A stretch of 64,000 nt of DNA, from the NCBI GenBank assembly GCA_002104905.1, contig MCFE01000348.1, positions 1 through 64,000 of the forward strand. The letters run 5' to 3'. Numbering within the stretch: the first letter of the stretch is position 1; every line of letters starts with the position of its first letter. The notes below the pieces were generated by a model. The model was not told where the DNA came from, ran no database searches, and saw only the letters and a list, made by a program, of their open reading frames with translations. The translations under genes and the position numbers were made by a program. The stretch comes from Basidiobolus meristosporus CBS 931.73 (Eukaryota > Fungi > Basidiobolomycota). Positions 27,025 through 40,445 of the stretch are shown here, piece after piece.

Positions 27025-28167
27025 AATATAATCCTTCTCCCTGCTGGATTCTAGTCCCCCTTATAGGTGCACTCTGGCTTTTGTTTGTATGAATTCTGTG
27101 TCAAATTGTGTAGAAGTTGGGTTATGAACATGAGAAGTCTGGCATACCTTGGTAGAGTTTTCCTGATAAAAATCAGTTATTTGTTGCACCCAACCCAACT
27201 TTGCATTACTTAAATGATTACCTACACATTGGGGCTGCTTAGCTTCTTCATTCCATAGGCATAGGTGTCTCCACATGCACATTTGTCCTCAGTATTTTTG
27301 AACTGTTCCTGGCTATCCTATATGTGCTAACTCATTACATCTATGATGGACTTGAAGGTAATAAACTTGATGAGATTGGGATATGGTAATACCTGCAACT
27401 TGACTTGTCTTCCTATCTCCCCACACATCTGCTCCATAGGAAATTCTCAGAAGGTGAACCAAGGCCCAATATTTTCCACACACCATATAAGATGGAGTAG
27501 AGAATGGATACAGTAGTGGCAGAGATCTAAGCATTCAGCTTTATGTGAGTAATATAGCTGCTCAAATCCTGTCACAAATCCTCACACAATAGCTGTAGAT
27601 GCATCAAGTTATCATTGGTGATCCACTTCTGGATAAATATTCCTACAATGTCCATATATGACTCCCAATGCTTCCAATGTACTCTTGGTAGGAATGGCTT
27701 CAGAACACCACTTGAATAAATACATATTCAGCTCATCCAGTCTTTGCATTTGTATTGTTGCATATGCATATCAATATTAATTGGAGCCTGTGAGAAGTAC
27801 TTAGGGTGGCAGATACTATGTAATATCTTGCCAGCTCTTTCAAATTTTTCTGGTACCTCAAAGGGCTCATTTAGCTTGAAATGCCATCTTAAGCATCTCT
27901 GGTTTCCAATCAATTCCATATTCCGGCTAGTGGCTTATAGTGTGCCAACTTTGCTGCAATTGCATGCTGACTTCTGTACATTCTCTCTGTGAAAACATAA
28001 TGTTCTTGGTGCTGGTGTTTGGGTAATAATAGTAAACTTGCTCTGTTGGATAGTTCCACATAGTGCCACCCTTTTTTTAGTGCTGGATCAATCTGACACT
28101 ATCTGGCACTATAATTTCTACCATAATGCCAGTGGTAGGATAAAGTTACTGGTAATTTTACTCAATC

Positions 28168-29090
28168 TTACTTATGTTGCTCATAGTAGGGCTCTCCTTG
28201 CTTTATTTGCTCTTCATAATGCTCCAGACACATTTCTCTTAGTGAATGTCTTCTTGCATGAATATACTGTGCATTGATAAGTATCTTAACTATTTTACCT
28301 ATTCTGCTGTATTCTGCTATACATGACTCTCCTCTGTATTTACATGCCAATCTGCTGAATCTCTTCAGATGTCCATATGTATGCTCTACCCTCACTCTGA
28401 GATGATTAAATATCTCATTGTAGAGCTTCTGCTTCCTGCTAAGCACACCATTCCTTGGCTTCCTATAAGCTGTAATACATCCTAATCTCTGACAATCCTC
28501 TCCTATATAAGCTAAGTCTGCAATACATTTCTCCCCTCTACTGAATTCTAGATGATTCTCTACCCAGAGTACTTTTTTGTGCCTACTTCCACCAAATGGC
28601 CAATTAAACCAGATGATGTAACCCTCAATGTCAGACGGTGCTTGAAACTTCACACAGTATGCCTTCTACTTGCCAGAATATAAGTGCCTCTGCCCTCCAG
28701 AAGGTCTGTTAATCCTGACTGGGAAGGTATCCAAAATACTCCTTGTATGGAACCTGTTGCTGAACACTCTGGGATATGGAAGTCTATTGGAGCTTCTGAA
28801 CCTAGTACTTCAAGCTTGCTCTAAGTCATTCATACCCTCTGCAAGGTGGTTCTCTATTGCTGTCAGCTGGGAATGAAAGCTTCTAGACTTTTGTTGCCAT
28901 GGATGGTGGGATGAAACCTTGTGGGGCAATAGTTCTTGTAGTAGCAGAGAAGCTTAACAAGGGATCCCCTTGAGTAGATTGGGGTAGATGGACCACAGTA
29001 CTTGGTGTAGATCTCCTCTATTGTGTCAAAAGGAAATGCAGTGGTAGTGATGGAATTGATGAGAAAAGACCATTCAGATGAGTAAGTCAT
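28168..29090 (-). pseudogene. Compact (about 305 aa) DDE_Tnp_4 transposase
   Basis: ORFs 28863..29090 and 28168..28653. D-D-E motifs 'ILDTFP', 'ADLAY' and 'RVEH'; 'GKYKAHCVKFQ...GP..GSRH' seen across copies. Confidence 0.88.
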
Positions 29091-29718
29091 ATTAGAATGG
29101 GTGGATGATTGCGCTGAGGTGATTTAAATCAATTTGCTGCAATCAGCTTTATTTATCTGATTTTCCATGCATTATGATTAAATCTCCATTAATTGCCATG
29201 TATCCCATCATTATGTCACAAATATTATCCTCAAACAATGACTTGGTACTTTTATTGATGTTTTACTCACAAGTCAATGATCAGATGGGAAATCTTTGAT
29301 TGATGTGATCTGATCTGTGTCAATGCAATCCAAGATGTATCAAGCATAATATATGGAAAATTCTACAATCACATTAGTTTTCATATGTACTTCATATAAG
29401 ACCAGGTTTATGCCAATACACCACTGTATAAGTATCCAAATCCATCACCATGGTCCCTATGCCCAGTCTTAACTCATCTTTAGTTCAACCAAGACAAAAC
29501 CCATCCCCCAGATCACAAGCGCAGTCTGGCCTGGAAAAGGCAACGTTAGATCCATTCAAGTTCTTGCCAAATGATATCAGTATGGCACTAGTGTCTATGA
29601 TGAGCCTTCATACAGATATTTGGCACTACTCATTAATCTAGCAGAACTAGATACCATGGAGAGTCAATAGAGATGGAAGAACCTGAGTAGAAAGCAGTGG
29701 CATGAGTTCTACATCAAG

Positions 29719-30693
29719 ATGCCAGTGGATGTATGTAAGAAGTTATATAACAATACAAGTATTGAAATCAAGAATGAGCTGAGAGTGAGGGGACTTGATG
29801 AGGAAGCTGTGTGGGAACAATTTTGCACGCAATTTGCCCAGTACAGGCCTGACACAACTATTTGTGCCTTGACTTTAGGAACCAAAGAGATTTTGAATGA
29901 GTTTTGCCTCAAATGACTAATGCATAACATGATATATTAGTAGAGCTAAGTGGCTACTGAGAGCAATATACACAAAACTCATCCAGGCAACAGCTCCAAT
30001 GTATCAGACAGAGGGTAAGTGAATACCCTGAGGAATCAGAAGGTGTGCTTCAGGAGGAAGAATACAGACTGCAAGCAGCATTGTCTAGATTGTGCCAGCA
30101 TGCCTTGCTGGATTCCTTACCATCCCTTGCAACTTCAGCACACTGGCGCATGTCAGTCCAAACTATGCCAACACCCTTCACAAGAGTGCCCCACATTGCC
30201 TCAACACATATTAGGTCAATGCGTGTGCTTCAGTGCAAAACCACCAGAACCTTCCAAACTGCTCAAAAAAACACAAGTCCGTTGGAGTGGGCCAAGTTGT
30301 GTGAACAGGCCGCTTCACATTGAACTCAGCTAAGGGCCATGCCAGCACATCAAGTTGCATCTGCGCGTGCCATTACACCTGACCATCAGCAAGTTTCTTC
30401 TGGTGAACTGACTGATGATGACCCACATGAAGTCCCTTCACCACCATAGCCTTTGGCAAATAAAAGAATGTGTCAGCATGTAGCACTGCAGGCCAGCTAG
30501 TTGCATCATCTGGAGCAATTCAGCATGGCCAAGCTGCAGCATTGCACTCAACAACTAAGGGGCAAAATACTGACTACAAATACACAAGTAGCAAAGGGGA
30601 TAGTCAGCAAGAAACTAGTTTAGGTGTGTAAAGTGAATCACTACCAAATGCTTTGTAGTAATCCCCGTGATAAAAAAGCCTAGGAGAAGATGA
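29719..30693 (+). pseudogene. Second ORF of the DDE_Tnp_4 element (about 320 codons, unknown function, basic C-terminus KKPRRR)
   Basis: Same frame pieces in three copies (6830-7698, 29719-30693, 32533-33560). Confidence 0.7.
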
Positions 30694-33600
30694 TGCAATC
30701 TCATTGAATTGCTATTATTTGCAATGATCCAGTCAATGCAGTTTTTTTGCAATTCACATTGAGCCGTTGCAAATCAGTGATCACTAGATTTTTAATATAA
30801 GCAATGTCAAGGTTGTCTCACATTTGAGACAGGACCCCTATAAATAAACACCCTGCATATGTATACATCATCTGTGGCACCAGTGCTGCCATTCAATCTG
30901 GTTTGCACCAATAGAGTTGGTTGTATGCTTGCTATGATGCCTTGTCCAATCACTAGGATCAGGGATATACTTGCTTAATGGGCAAAATGTAATATTTGAT
31001 GGCAAATCAGGTAGCTTGTGTACAGGTCAAAGAGTCAATTGGGGGCTGACAGCTTCAGGATAATTTTAGATCAATTAGCCACTGAGACACCATCAAATTG
31101 GAGTGACGGTAATCAAGATGGTAAGTATAAGTGTAGTTTACAGTGTGATAACAATTTATTTCCATTTACATTTAAGAAACATATCCAAATACTGGATTTT
31201 ACCTACCATAATAGCAGTATCCAATTGCGCACATGGTGCAAACATTATGAGTGGGTGCAATCATTTGTGCCAACCTCATTGTGTCAGATTGTGCCATAGT
31301 GCGCAAGATTGTACCACATGGTGCAAAATTGTCCAAAAGCAATCCTGCCTACTGGTAGCTACCATATTGCACTTGATTATTCTTAGAGACCACTGATTGT
31401 GCTGCACACCCTGGCATGGTACAATGGAACAGGTTTACTGTCCTGATTCCAAGTACTTGTTCAATGAGAATCCATTAAGTGCTAAAGCAAAGCCATGGTC
31501 ATACATGCCTTCAAAGTAGCCCTTGCTTCTTAGCTGTTTGTAATGTTTGCCATTAAATAGATTAGATATGTTTGCACTTGATTGATACTGAGTGCGGTAC
31601 TGCATAGCTTTACAATATTTGTTGGACTGCATCAGCTTCCTCAGACAGGGTATGACCAGAATATATCCGGAGTGCAAATAATGTTTTCCTTCTATGGTAG
31701 TGGATTCCTGACAATTTGGGCATGCTGCAATGGTAGTATTTTTGGATGTGAATGCCATGCAACTGTTAAAACATGCTGGAATCAGACAGTAGACTTGTTC
31801 CATTGTACCATGCCAGGGTGTGCAGTGCAATCAGTGGTCTCTAAGAGCAATTAGGTGCAATATGGCAGCTACCAGTCGGCAGGATGGCTCTTGGACAATT
31901 TTGCGCCATGCAGGATAATCTTGCACATTATGGCACAATCTGACATAATGAGGTTGGTGCAAATGATTGTGCCAACTTGTAATGGTTGCATCATGTGCAC
32001 AATTGGATACTGCTATTATGGCAGGTAAGATCTAGTATATGGATATCTTTCTTTAAAATAAATGGAAATAAATGCGTATCACACTATAAACTACACAGCT
32101 ACTTACCATTTTGGTTACCATCACCCCAATTTGACAGTATATCAATAGCTGTTTGGTCTAAAAGTATGCTGAAGCTCTTAGCCCCCAATTGACTCATTGA
32201 CCAATACACAAGCAACCTGATTTGCCGTCACATATCCCATCTGCCCATTAAGCAAGTAAATCCCTAATCCTAGTGCTTGGACAAGGTGTCACAGCTAGCA
32301 TGCAACCAATTGTATAGGTAAAAATCTGATCAAATGGCTGCACTGGTGCCACAGATGATGTATAAATATGCAGGGTGTTTATTTATAGGGGTTGTGTGTC
32401 AGATGTGAGATGTTCTTAATATTGCTTATATCAAAAATTTAGTGATCACTGACTTGCAATGGCTCAATGCAAATTGCAAAAAAAATGTGTTGTTTGGATC
32501 TTGACAAATAATAACAATTCAAAGCAATTGTGTCATCTTCTCCTAGGTTTTTTTCTCACCAGGATTACTACTGAAGCATTTGGTAGTGATTCACTTTGCA
32601 TACCTAAACTACTTTCTTGTTGACTATCCTCTTGGCTACTTGTGTATTTGTAGTTGGTATTTTGCCTCCTAGTTGATGACTGCAATGCTGCAACATGGCC
32701 ATGCTGAGTTACTCCCAATGATGCAACTGAGCTGGCCTGCAGTGCTACATACTGACACATTCTTTTACTTGCCAAAGGCTTTGGTGGTGGAGGCACTTCA
32801 TATGAGTCATCATTGGTCTGTTCACCAAAAGAAACATGCTGCTGGTCAGGTATAGTAGCAGGCGCAGATGCAACTTGAGGTGCTTGCATAGACCCTTGCT
32901 GAGTTTGATGTGATGCCACTTGTTGACACAACTTGACCTGCTCCAATGACTTGTGTCTAAATGAGCAGCTTGGCAAGTTCTGGTGGTTTTGCTCTGAAGC
33001 GCACATACTGACCCAACATGTGTTGACTCAATATGGGGCACTCTTGCGAAGGGTGTTGGCGTAGTTTGGACTGACATGCGCTGGTGTGCTGAAGTTGCAA
33101 TGGATGGTAAGGAATCCAGCAAGGCATGCTGGCACAATCTAGATGCTGTTGCTTGTGGTCTGTATTCTTCCTCTTGAAGCTCTCCTTCTGATTCCTCATG
33201 GTATTCACTTACCCTCTGTCTGATACTTTAGGACTGTTGCCTGGATGAGTCCTGTGTATATTGCTCTTGGAGGTTACTTAGTTCTACTAATATATCACAT
33301 AATACATTGGTCACTTGAGGCAAAAACGTATTCAAAATCTCTTTGGTTCCCAAAGTCAAGGCACAAACAGACCTGTCCAGCCCATACTGAGCAAACTGTG
33401 CACAAAATCATTCCTGCGTGGCTTCCTCCTCAAATCCCCTCACTCTCAGTTCATTCTTGATTTCAATACTTGTAATGTTATATATCTTCTTACATATATC
33501 CACTGGCATCTTGATGTAGAACTCATGCCACTGATTTTTACTCAGGTTCTTCCATCTCTGTTAACTCTCCAAGGTATCTAGTTCTGCTAGATTAATGAGT

Positions 33601-34646
33601 AGTGCACAAATATCTGTATGAAGGCTCATCATAGACACTTGGGCAATACTGGAATCATCTGCCAAGAACTCAAATGGTTCCAACATCAACTTTTCTGGTC
33701 TGGACTGCACTTGTGAGTGGGGGATGGGTTTTGTCTGGGTGGTACTAAATATGAGTTGAGACTTGGTATGGGGACTATAGTGATGGATTTGGATACTTAT
33801 ACAGTAGTGTATTGGCATCAACCTGGTCTTATATGAAGTCTATATGAAAACTAATATGACTGTTTAGTTTTCCATATATTATGCATGATGCATCATGGAT
33901 TGCATTGATATGGATTGGATCCCATCAATTGCAGATTTCCTATTTGATTATAGACTTGTGAGTAAAACATCAATAAAAGTACCAGGTCATTGTTTGAGGA
34001 TGATATTTGCAACATAATGATGGGATACATGGCAATTGATGGGGATTTAATCATAATGCATGGAAAATCAGATAAACAAGGCTGATTGCGCCAATTTGAT
34101 TCAAATCACCTCAGCCTAATCATATACCAAATTTAATATGACTTACTCATCTGAATGTTCTTTTCTCATCAGTCCCACCACTACCACTGGACTTCCTTTT
34201 GACATACTAGAGGAGATCTATACCAGGTGTGGGTTATTACTGACTGTACTTGGTGAGTGGGAGAGCTTGTAGGTCAAGTCAGTACCACTTGGTTCAGAAT
34301 AGCTTCCAATAGGAGGTAGTAAGGTAATAAAGACTTGTGTTTATTTCATCCCAAATCTCCTTGTTCTCTTGCTTGGTTCAATTGGGTAGATATATATCAC
34401 TTGGGGGCTTAGATAATAGACAATGTGTTATAAAATAGGGGTGTGAACACCTTCCTATTATGGTAAGTGTTCTAACTAAATAAGGGCAGGGATAGGAGGG
34501 AGGGCACATGGGGGAATCATAGGGAGGATACTGGGGGACTTTGGGTAGGACTCTAGGGAGAACTCTTGGGCAAAGAGTGGGTACTGCATTTAGTACTCAC
34601 ATATCCCAGAGGTTAAGAGGGAGCTTTGTCCTTGAAGTTCTTTTGA

Positions 34647-35816
34647 CTAACTCGCTTCTCCAGGGTCAATTTTGTTCATGGAGCATGGGGAGTCACCATA
34701 GTACCATTGCTGGTTGTCACTTGCAAGGGGGTTGCAGGCAAATGCCTGATACCATTTGGCGGCAGAGTGGGGTGTGGCTTGCGTTGCTTGAGGGATATTT
34801 TCCACAGAGCCAAATAGTTGGCAAACCATAGGGTTCTGGGTAAGTTCCTTGGGAGGGTTGGAGAACAAGAAATGGTGCAATAGCGCAATAAAGTCTTGCT
34901 TCTTTATCTTGCAAGCATTGTTGGGGCTTGTCCTTTTTGTGTTCAATATGATGGCAGGGGACCTTTTGAAGCAGGCGTAGACTTGGTTGGCAGTCACCCG
35001 TTGTTGGTAACAAGTTTTTACTTCTTTCAAGACGTATTGTAGTTCTTCTGTAGAAACCGTGGCGCAATTGAGGCGCTTTTGTACTTGCCTCATGGTTTCT
35101 ACAGAGTCTGCAGCGGTTTCTTTGGCTTCTTGGAGTTGGACTTTGTACTGATTCCTGAGTTGTCCTATGGTAAACCACTGTTATAGTTGTAACACAGCAA
35201 CTTGGTGGATTGCATGGATTAACTGGCCAGTGTATTTAATCCGTTTGCGTATCTTTTCTAAGATGGTTCCTTCTTGGAAATGCGGTTCAAGATGTTCGCA
35301 AATTTCTTGGAGGAGTCCTTCAGTTGGGAGTTCTATTTCTGGTGCTCTTGCTGCTTGTACCAGGTTTGCATATACATCAACAATTGTGGTACCTATCAAT
35401 GACAAGTATTCAACAAAACATGGGGGCTCTCAAGGTCTTGTGAGGGCACAACAGTTGATTCCTTGTGTCTTCTGTCTGACTGTGTCCAGTATGGATACGG
35501 GAATCAGTGCGGCATCCTTCTCCTTAATGATCAAGGAACCTCCTCTTAGGTGGTATACGGTCTTCTTGGGTAGTATCTCCATGCTTTGTATTGGTGTGGG
35601 TAACTTGTCTTGTCCCTCTTGGATTCTGTCTTGTATCAACGTGACTGCTCCGGCAAACAACTCTTCATAGGTGGCTCTTGTCGCACGTAACACTCGTACC
35701 ATATCTCTCAACACTTGCAGGTTGGTTTTGTTGTCAATATCATCTTGGCTCTTGCTGGTGGGAGGGGTATCGCCAGTTTTGGGTGAACTGCTTCCTTTGG
35801 CGCTTTCCATATGCAT
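34647..35816 (-). pseudogene. Gypsy ORF3, about 389 codons, unknown function
   Basis: ORFs 35430..35840, 35181..35405 and 34647..35093 are all one frame, separated only by a TGA (35430-32) and a TAA (35181-83). Confidence 0.8.
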
Positions 35817-35949
35817 TCTTTTGTTCTCCCCTTTGGGCAAAATTCCTCACACATATCATTTGTGCCTATATCAATTAAAATCTCCTCTAATAAGCTTTGT
35901 ATGTATCTTGTGTCTTCCTCTATCCTTGTCCTGATAATTGTTCAATCAC

Positions 35950-38900
35950 ACTTTGGTTTCAGTGATGATTGGTGGATCATTATGAAACGGTTTCAGATGG
36001 GCTGGCGCTACGTTGCTGATTGTCTTGTTGTTCAGGGTAATGGTGTACTTTGGCCCGTGGTCCAAGCTAGTGACAGTGCAAGGGCCAATCCATCAGGGTG
36101 TAAATTGTGGGCAAAACTTGAGGCCTGCAATGGTCTGATTGTACCTCACTTTATTGCCTGGTTTCCACTTTGTCCCGTTAGTTTCTCATTTTTGGGTGGA
36201 GGGGGAAGGTGCTTGTCAACATTTTCAAATACTTTTATGTATAGGTGGGCAATACGGTGTATCAACCTTTCTACATAGTTGTTATGTGTTGTCAAGGGGA
36301 CACCTTCCATTGTCAATCCAGCTTCTTCACGCCACTTAGGCCTTCATCTGTACAGAACTTTGTATGGGGAGAAACCTGTTGTTTTATTTGGTATTGTACG
36401 CATTGCTAGGAGTGTCAGCGGGAGTAGCTTGGCCCATGATTGGGGTAGTTCCCAGTGGAGCTTCTCTAGTATGCAGCAACACGTCTGGTTCATCCTCTTG
36501 GTTAATCCGTTGGTTGGGGGGTGATACGCAGCCGTGAAGACCTGTTTCACGCCCATCATTTTGCACAAGTGGGCCACGGTGTTGTTCAGGAAGGAGCCAC
36601 CATTGTTGGACAGGAGTATCTGAGGATATCCGTGCCGGCAGATGAAGTGTTCTAGAATGAATTGGGCGGTTGTCTTCTGGTCTTTATTTTGGATGGCTTG
36701 GGCTTCTACCCACTTTGAGAAATAATTGGTAGCAATTATTATGTATTGTTCTCCTTTCTTTGTTTTCATCAAGGGCCAAACAAAGTCAATCCCTACCCAA
36801 TAGAAGGGTAGGTCAAGCGGTATTGGTGCGGTTGTCCCTATCTTTTAAATCTTTTGCAGGTGGAGCATCTTTGTAGTGTATTCACAACGTTGGTCATCAT
36901 TTTTTTCCAATAAAACGTCTTTCTTATCATCTTGTATGTTGTTAGAGGGTTAGAGTGTCCTAATGACATATGTCTTTCTTGTATGATTTCTTTGCGGGCA
37001 GTTATTGGGGGTACCTCAGCTCTGAACTGTCCTTGGAGGAACCATAATCAGTTTTCTTGTACTTTGTACTGACACCATTTCTTTCAAAAGTCCCTCTTCT
37101 GCTTGTTTGTAACAACGTGTTTGGGATACTTCCCTCCTCTTTTAAAGCAGATTACATCTTTGTAGTCATTGCTGACGCATACTTGGCAAACGGGATAGCA
37201 ACTGAGGAAGTCTGCATCTTGGTGTTTCTTGCCAGCGCAATGATTTATTTTGAAGTTGTATTCATGTAGTTGGAGGGCCCAACGTGCTAGTCAACTGGTA
37301 AAGTCTTTAGTTTTCATCAGCCAGACCAGTGCACTGTGGTCTGTTACTATTGTGAATCGGCAACCATGTATGTATGTGTGGAATTGTTTAATTGAATAAG
37401 CAACAGCCAGACATTCTATCTTGGTAACGGGGTAGTGACATTTGTGTTTGTTTAACAAACAGCTCACGTAACTGATTGGGTGGAATTTGCTGGGTTGGTG
37501 GTATTGTCCCAGTACGGCGCCTATACTGGTGAGACTTCCATCACAGTTAATAAAAAATCTTGCATCCCAATTGGGAAAACGTAACACTGGCGGTGACGTC
37601 AGGGAATGTTTCAGCTGATTGAATGCTCTCTTTTGAGGCTCCAACCATACAAAACACTGGCCTTTTTGCGTCAATTTGTATAGGGGGGCTGCTATTGTTG
37701 CAAAGTTTTTGACAAAGTGGCAATAGTAGCCGGCTAATTCTAGGAATCCCAACACTGCATTAATATCCTTTGGTGTGGGTGTATCTTGAACGGCTTTCAG
37801 GAGTGAAGTAGATGGGAATATTCCATCTGCCAGAATCTTGTGGCCCAGGAACAACAATTTTGTATTCAGGAAATGGCACTTCTTGGGATGTAGTTTGAGT
37901 TGGTTCTCAAGGAGGGCTGTCAGGATATGTTGCACATTGTGTATATGTTCTTCTACATTGGAATATATTGTGATGCTGTCCAGATACACTAGAGCGCATT
38001 CCCATTGTAGATTTCCAAGCACCTTGTTGATCATCCTTTGGAATGTAGCGGGGGCATTGCACAAGCCAAAGGGTAGTTGGTTCCATTTGTATAATCCAAA
38101 CAATGTTACAAAAGTGGTTTTGGGTTGATCTTCCAGGGCTACTTCTACTTGCCAATACCTGGAGATTAAGTCAAGAGAGCTAAAATATTTAGCTCCTATT
38201 AATCTGTCCAACAGGTTGTCTATTTGCGGTAGTGGATACACGTCCTTCCGGGTGACGGCGTTCAATTTTTGGTAGTTGATGCAAAAGCGTTGCTTTCCAT
38301 CTTTCTTTGGGACTATCACTACAGGGGAGGCCCATGGAGACTGGCTCTCTGTAATGATATTGTCTTTCAATCAAGTTTCAATTGTCTCTTTGATATAGTC
38401 TGTGTCAATTTTCAAGTTCCTATAGGCTTTTTGCTTGATGGGGTATTTGTTGGTGAGGTGGATTTGGTGATATACCCCAGGTATATGACTAATTACTTGG
38501 TTCTTGGAGAATACTTGGGCAAGCGGGTGTATTCCTTCTAGGAACTTGTCTTGTAACGCAGGCGGTAGACCAGGGTCCACATCTAGTTTGGGGAGTTCTT
38601 CTTCTGGTTCCTTGTTTGTAGGTGGTCCTTGGTTGTTTCCGTCAACTTCCTCTAGGTTCAACAATGCTACTCCTCTAGGCAATGTCATCATGTGTTGCCC
38701 ATTGTTGACCACTAAGCACTTCAGACTTTGCGTTTCAAATTTTGGTGGTACCCATACTTTAGGGATCAAGATTCCTTCCAGTTGCTTGGATGCCTTTGCT
38801 GCGGTTATCATTCTTCCGCTTGTCAAATAAGCTTTTGGTGTCTCTAATGAGATCACTGTCTCACTGGCGGGTGGTATTTTTATCACCTTTTGAGTGATGA

Positions 38901-39606
38901 TTGGAGACTGTGACGGTTTCACTTCTTCAATCATCACACTGTTGCTACATGCCTTGCTCTCATTGGTGATATGAATCAGTGGGATACTCTTGGTATCCCA
39001 CCTGAGTTCAGATGCACCGTAAAGTATATCCATCTTATGTTGGATAAACCAACTCTTGCCAATGAGTAAGTTGTTGGCAGCAACAGGTAGAACCATGACA
39101 TCTTGGTGTATTATCAAGTTGCCTAACTGGATGGGGCAATTAGGCACCACACCTACTGTTGTGTCCAGTTGGTCATTTGCTAGCTGTACTTGAATGGTGT
39201 TGTTGGGGACTATGTCTAATTTTAGACGTTTTGCTAATGACTCTGACATGATCAACATAGAGGATCCTGTGTTGATAAGGGCAAGAATCTCTTTATTCTC
39301 TATACGTAACTTTACATATGTACCTTTATTTGGTTTTTGCAGGACCGTCTGTTTGACCTGAAGGGTCATTATCTCCTTCAATCCCTCTGTCAGTTCCTTG
39401 ACTAGAGCCAGGGCAAGTCCCAGTAAATTGGTTATTGGAAGGGTTGCCTTGGTTTGCTCTAGTACCTTCATTATGGGGAATAGGCCATGGGAAGACGTGC
39501 TAGCGTTCTTTGTTTGTTTTAACACTTCTTCCCAAGGCTCATTCCGCACTTCAACTGTCCTGACCAGAGGGCTTAGATTGACTGAGTTCCGTTGGCCTCC
39601 TGGCAA
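35950..39606 (-). pseudogene. pol: protease, RT, RNase H, integrase (no chromodomain)
   Basis: 'ALINTGSS' (DTG mutated), 'WASPVVIVPKKDGKQRFCINY', 'YLDSITIY' (YLDD mutated), 'IECLAVAYSIKQF', 'YFSKWVEA...GYPQILLSNNG', C-terminal 'LKPF'. Confidence 0.93.
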
Positions 39607-39635
39607 GGGACTCTGTCTTTTGATGCCTTCTTCTC

Positions 39636-40445
39636 TTAGGTGTCCGGTACGGCTTCTTGTCCGTACCGTTTTTCACATTTGTGAGCCCGGTGACCTATTT
39701 CTCCACTCACATAACACAGATACTGTTGTTGCAGTTGTTCCATCTGTTGGGTCAGGGCTTGTACCTGGGTCTTCAAATCTACAACAGCTTCCCAGAGTTT
39801 ATCACTTTCTTTGGGGACTTCTTGGACATTGTTGATCAAGAGTTCTTGGACCTTTTGCCATAATTCTACTAACTCACAGTCTTTTGGGGAGGCAATTTTT
39901 CCTTTCTTACGGGGGATCCCTGTCCTTTGATCATTTGTATCACTATAGGGTAGCCCCCATAGCAAGATGACCCCTCGCACTTGTTCAACCAGCTCTTGCA
40001 GCATTTTACATCCCTGTTGTTCTTTGGATGCCCTACGTCTTATTTTGTCGTCTAAGCCCATGATGTAATACCTCATGAGCTGTTGTTTGGCAATTTTGTC
40101 TTTTGGGAGACATTGAACTTGTTGGAGGAACAGTTCAGTGTAGGCTTCATAGCTCTCACTGCTTTTCTTCCGTGAGGACAGTAGAAGGGCTTTGTAGTGG
40201 TACCCTTTGGCATATAGAAAGTGTGTCTTGTAGGCTTCTTCTAGTGCATCCCAGTCATCTTTAACTGCATCTTCCAACCCATAATGCCATTGCCATGCTG
40301 ACCCTTCCATATGTCTTGCAAACTCCCTTACTTTCTTATTGTTGTCCCATCCTGCATCAACCGCAACTCTCTCAAACTTATCAAACCATTCAAGGGCTTT
40401 CTCTCTCTTTCCTTTGTATGTTTTTAGTTTGATTGTAGTAGTCAT
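39636..40445 (-). pseudogene. gag with degenerate zinc knuckle
   Basis: 269-aa ORF starting 42 nt from the LTR; 'EWFDKFERVA...GSAWQW'; 'CYVSGEIGHRAHKC'. Confidence 0.88.

Larger units (their letters stand above)
28034..31436 (-). mobile_element. DDE_Tnp_4 DNA transposon, copy 2 (full length, inverted)
   Basis: 3403 bp, ends AAACTTG.../...CAGGTTT. Transposase 28168-29090 on minus, ORF2 29719-30693 on plus. Confidence 0.92.

Noticed and set aside
28168-29090. Bacterial IS or contamination suggested by the IS5-like compact transposase
   Set aside because: Multiple copies share the host's C>T decay and are nested with eukaryotic LTR elements; any bacterial link would be ancient and needs a phylogeny.
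34647-35816. Calling ORF3 an envelope (env) gene
   Set aside because: Position fits, but I see no signal peptide, no TM helix and no fusion-protein-like features.
35940-36100. Chromodomain at the integrase C-terminus of either Gypsy
   Set aside because: Both integrases end shortly after the 'LKPF'/'LRLF' motif with no chromo signature.
35811-36278. Hydrophobic plus-strand ORFs inside retroelements and relics (also 47971..48255) as membrane proteins
   Set aside because: Antisense or off-frame shadows of purine-rich or decayed coding strands.
39590-39680. Programmed gag-pol frameshift in the young Gypsy
   Set aside because: The frames differ, but I found no clear slippery sequence, and a single decayed copy cannot separate this from an indel.
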